Positions 50,001-64,000 of a stretch of 64,000 nt of DNA are shown here, one piece after another. The translations under genes were made by a program, and so were the position numbers. The notes under the pieces are model-generated. The model was given only the letters and a program-made list of their open reading frames with translations. It searched no databases and had not been told where the DNA came from. The DNA is from Phaeosaccion multiseriatum. Lineage: Eukaryota > Protista > Ochrophyta, other classes. Each line of letters begins with the position of its first letter. Within the stretch, counting starts at the first letter, position 1. The DNA is taken from NCBI GenBank assembly GCA_965112735.1, contig OZ218962.1, forward strand, positions 930,001 to 994,000, in the 5' to 3' direction.

Positions 50001-52480
50001 GGCACGCACGCACACACGCACACACACGCACACACACGCCATTCCTTCACTTCCACCCCCCCACAGGCCGAAGAGGGAGAGTACGGCGCGCGTAAGGGCG
50101 GGTCAAAGGACGGCAAGCACGGCCAACAGAGTCGCAGAGCTTACCTCAGAGAACTAAAGAAGGTGGTGGAAGAGAGTGACGTTGTCCTTGAAGTGCTGGA
50201 TGCACGCGACCCCCTGGGAAGCCGAGCACGGACCGTGGAGGACGCCGTACTGGCCCATCCGGACAAGAGACTGGTGCTGGTGATGAATAAGGTGGACTTG
50301 GTGCCCAAGGAGACGATTGGCAAGTGGCTCACACATCTGCGCAAGTCGTTCCCTGCGGTAGCGTTCAAGGCATCGACACAGGAGTAAGTGTGTGTGTGTG
50401 AGAGAGAGACAGAAAGAGAGAGAGGGAGGGAGGGAGGGAGGGAGGGAGGGAGGGAGTGGGAGGGGGAGGGAGGGAGGGAGGGAGGGAGAGAGGGAGGGAG
50501 GGAGGGAGGCGGGGGTGGGGGCGGTCGATCGCTTTTCCCTTGACCTCTGCCTTCCCTTTTCAATGTTTGCACTACGCCGCCCCCCCCTCTCTCTCCTTGT
50601 CATGTTTGGTTGAAAGCATGAAACAGAAGCGCTAGTACTATTCGCCACTTACCCTTCAGTCTCCCTCTCTCTTATCCATTTCTCTTGTCTTCTTGTCTTG
50701 CCCCTACCCCTTTTAACGTTCCACAGAAGCGCAGGTACCATTCACCAGATGAAGGGAAGCGCTGACAAAGCCGGGGAGGGGTTACTCGAGAGGAGCGGCA
50801 GCGTGGGCACCGAGGCCTTACTCAACCTTCTCAAGAACTATTGCAGGAATTTCAACATCAAAACGAGCATCACCGTCGGAGTCATTGGTGAGACAGCAGG
50901 TGGAGGAGGTGGAGGTGAAAGTGAAATCAACGGACACGTAACGGACACGTAACGGACACGTAACGGACACGTCTAACTGGTTCCGCTTGCCCCCCTCTCC
51001 CTCCCTCCCTCCCTCCCTCCCTCTCTCCCTCCCTCCCTCTCTCCCTCCCTCCCTCCCTCCCTCCCTCCCTCCCTCCCTCCCTCCCTCCCTCCCTCCCTCC
51101 CTCCCTCCCTCCCTCCCTCTCTCCCTCCCTCCCTCCCTCCCTCCCTCTCTCCCTCCCCGTCTCCCCCCTTTTCTCTCTCTCTATGCAAAGGCTATCCCAA
51201 CGTCGGCAAGAGCAGTCTCATCAACTCGCTGAAACGCAGTAAGGCAGTGGGAGTATCTGCCACCCCTGGATACACCAAGGTGAAGCAGCACGTGCAGCTC
51301 GACAAGACGGTCAAGCTGCTCGACTGCCCCGGGATAGTGTTTGACGACGGCGATAGCAAGGTAGGAGGAGGAAGAGGAGGAGGAGGATGAGGATGAGGAG
51401 GAGGAGGAGGAGGAGGAGGAGGAGCAGGAGCAGGAGGAGGAGGAGGAGGAGGAGGAGGAGGAGGAGGAGGAGGAGGCGGGCTTTTCCCTTTCCCGCATTC
51501 ACCGCCCCCCCCCCCCAGCGGAAGCGCCGAATCTTTGAACGGAAGCGCACCTGGGCAGTATCCCCCCCCCCCCTGTTCTCTGTGCTCTCTCTCACATCTC
51601 TTCCCGCTCCTTTCCTCTCCCCCCTCTTCTCTATTCTCTCCTCGCTCCCCTCTCTTCCCATTCTTCTCTGCTACCTCCTGCCATCCCTCCTCTCCCCTCC
51701 CCTCCCCCCCGCAGGCGGTGCTACTCAAGAACTGCGTGGACTCGGAGAGCCTCACGGACCCCAGTGGCGCGGTGGAAGCGCTGCTGGAGCGCTGCAGTGC
51801 CGATCAGCTCATGCAGGTGGGTAGTTGTAGTTGAAGGGTCGTTGGGTAGATAGGTTAGGTACACAGCATGCGTTTGTCTACGTCGGTACCTCCCTGCCTG
51901 CCTGCCTGTAGCTGTCCCTCTGCCTCCCCCTCTACCTCCGTATTTGATCTACCTACCTGCCTCCCTTCCCTGCCCACACCTCCTCACCCCCCTTCCCAAC
52001 CAACCTACCTACCCAATCAACCATCCACCTACCCACTACCTACTACCCAACCAGGTGTACTCCATCCCTCGCTTCGAAGACGGGGACGCTACCAAATTCC
52101 TATCCCTTGTGGCCCGAAAGAAGGGCAAGCTCCTCCGTGGGGGCATTCCTGACCGAGTGGCGGCAGGGAAGCTTGTGTTGAAGGATTGGAACAGCGGACG
52201 GATACCTTTCTACACTGAGCCCCCAGCCCCGACACAAGACGAGGCAAGTGTGTTGGAGAGTTAGTAGACGGACGGACGGACCAAGCCAAGACACTTGATT
52301 TTTACTTCACTTCTTCGCTTCGCTTTAGTTCACTTGACTTTTACTCACCTCCACTTCACTTCACTTGACTTGATATGGTCACGTCACTCAAGCATCGTTG
52401 GGGTATTGCCTACCATTACATAACCATTACATAACACAACAACACCCTTGCCCCCCCCCCACCCCCCCCCGCGCGCAATT

Positions 52481-52561
<81 letters not shown>

Positions 52562-52935
52562 AACAGAGCGCCATGGAGGGCGAGGCAACACTCGTGAGCA
52601 AGTTCAGCAAAGACTTTGCTGTGGAGGAAGGAGAGGGGGAGGAGGGGGAGGGGGACGCAGCCATGATGGATGCTCTCCCAGACCAGAGCGCTATGGACTT
52701 TGTGAGTCTACAGAGTGTGGGGTTGAGTCAAGGAAGATGGACGGGAGACGGGAGAGGAGGAGGAGGAGGAGGAGAAGAGGAAGAGGAGGGAGGAGGAGGG
52801 AGAGGCGGAGGGATGGAGGATAGCGACGATGATGATGATGATGATGATAGCGATGACGAGGTAGTGAAGAGGATGGGGGCGGCTAGCGGAGGGCGGGAGG
52901 CTGCTGCTGATGCTGCTTCAACAGAGGCCGCAGGA

Positions 52936-52969
<34 letters not shown>

Positions 52970-53436
52970 CCTCTGCCTCTGCGGCAGGCAAGAAGGGCAA
53001 GAAGAAGGGGGTGGCCAAGGACAAGGGGGAGAAGGGCAAGAGGGGCAACAGCGGCGGTGTGGCGGCTACACTGAAGCATATTCTCGATGAGGAGGCAGCC
53101 TTAAACCCGCAACTGGGAAAGGCGCAGAAGAAGGCAAGGAAGGCTGAGGCAAAGAAGACTCGTAAGAAGCGAGCAGCAGCAGCAGCAGCAGCAGAAGCAG
53201 CAGCAGCAGGGGGTGATGACGAGGCAATGGAAGAGGACAGTGAGGATGGGGAGGAGGGAGGAGGAGGAGGAGGAGGAGGAGGAGGAGGAGGAGGAGGAAG
53301 AGAAGGAGGGGCGAAGGGGGCGGCGGCGGCGGGATTTGATGCAGATGCTCCATACGACTTTAGCAGAGACTACTACAGTGGAGGCGTAGCAGAGCAGCAG
53401 CAGCGGGCGGAGCTCTCGGAGGATGACGATCTTTGA
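48474..53436 (+). CDS. GNL3: Nucleostemin-family circularly permuted nucleolar GTPase
   Basis: [22 protein letters not shown]|VKEH...[12 protein letters not shown] (GN3L/Grn1 N-terminus); [15 protein letters not shown]; NKVDL; VGVIG|[15 protein letters not shown]; LLDCPG; [17 protein letters not shown]; acidic tail with YDF. Confidence 0.96.
49258..49415. repeat. Intronic 61-bp tandem duplication plus atacacctatg x4
   Basis: gtgtatacacctatggaggg...tccatccacactcagacttgtcttgtttcttac starts at 49293 and at 49354. Confidence 0.9.
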
Positions 53437-53664
53437 TTGGCTTATGAAAGGAAGGGAAGGAAGGAAGGAAGGAAGGAACTTCTCCTGTCTTGTCTTGTGT
53501 GCCTACCTCACCCCTGCGATGTAGCGATGTAAGCAAGTAGTTGTGTTGGTGGTACGATAAATGGTACTTCATTGTTAATATATCAATCAATGGCTTGTGC
53601 TTGTTGCTTGCCCTATGTCTCTCTCTTGTGGCCATGGCGCTCTCGCGTTGTAGCCCCTCGCCTC

Positions 53665-53981
53665 TCCCTCCCTCCCTCCCTCCCTCCCTCCCTCCCTCTT
53701 CCTTCCCTCCTTCCCTCCCCTCCCTCCCTCCCTCCCTCCCTCCCTCCCTCCCTCCCTCCCTCCCTCCCTCCCTCCCTCCCTCCCTCCCTCCCTCCCTCCC
53801 TCCCTCCCTCCCTCCCTCCCTCCCTCCCTCCCTCCCTCCCTCCCTCCCTCCCTCCCTCCCTCCCTCCCTCCCTCCCTCCCTCCCTCCCTCCCTCCCTCCC
53901 TCCCTCCCTCCCTCCCTCCCTCCCTCCCTCCCTCCCTCCCTCCCTCCCTCCCTCCCTCCCTCCCTCCCTCCCTCCCTCCCT
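53665..53981. repeat. (CCCT)n microsatellite between the convergent GNL3 and dynein 3' ends
   Basis: About 315 bp of nearly pure tetranucleotide repeat. Confidence 0.95.
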
Positions 53982-54148
53982 CACCGTCTTGCGCGGTTTG
54001 CCTGCTTGCTGTCCCTGCTTGCTCTCGCTTCGCTTGCCGTGACACTTGTTGCTTAAAACACTTGTTGCTTGGCAAACACTGGACAGACGCTTGAAACACT
54101 CCAATGTCTTTGCCTTCCTTCCTTCCTTCCTTCAGTTCAGTCAATCAA

Positions 54149-63716
<9,568 letters not shown>

Positions 63717-64000
63717 CTGGATAGAGAGAGGGAGAGGGAGGGAGGGAGGGAGAGGGAGAAGGAGGGTGGGTGGGTGGGTGGGAGGGAGGGAGGGAGGGAG
63801 GAAGAGGGAGATGGAGGGTGGGTGGGAGGGAGGGACGGAGGAAGGGAGAAGAGAGGGAGGGAGGGAGGAGGGAGGTGAGGATATGATGATGAAAAGAAGG
63901 AGCAAAAGACACCACCCACACACATACTCACACACACACACACATAGGTCACCCCTACACACACACACACACACAGACACACACACATACACACACACAC

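Noticed and set aside
49030-52567. Intronic snoRNAs in GNL3
   Set aside because: I could not find a convincing C box (RTGATGA) paired with a D box; an Infernal search would be needed.

Overview
Eukaryotic, intron-rich, microsatellite-laden genomic DNA, most likely from a flagellated photosynthetic stramenopile (ochrophyte); this is inferred from the gene content. Most ORFs in the supplied track are low-complexity or antisense artefacts. Spliced genes recognised, in order: N-myristoyltransferase (-, 3' end outside the window), ETF-ubiquinone oxidoreductase (+), an R3H/SUZ RNA-binding protein (-), MenB/DHNA-CoA synthase ending in SKL (-), a RelA/SpoT homolog with a degenerate hydrolase domain (+), an intronless MYND-finger protein (-), an ~18.5 kb giant IQ-motif gene (-), a Q/G-rich membrane protein (+), a 68-aa three-exon micro-gene absent from the ORF track that resembles the plant mitochondrial ATP synthase 6-kDa subunit (-), GNL3/nucleostemin (+), and the 3' part of an axonemal inner-arm dynein heavy chain (-). 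Most notable observations: (1) the giant IQ protein appears to carry two dynein stalk microtubule-binding-like domains but no motor, plus about 8 copies of an unnamed beta-rich repeat; (2) the 10-mer TTGGTGATAC occurs at least 12 times, in several reading frames and in introns; (3) several MITE-like elements, one with a perfect 20-bp TIR and a 6-bp TSD; (4) introns are often G/GT-rich at the 5' end and C/CA-rich at the 3' end. All gene models were built by eye and exon boundaries are approximate where stated.
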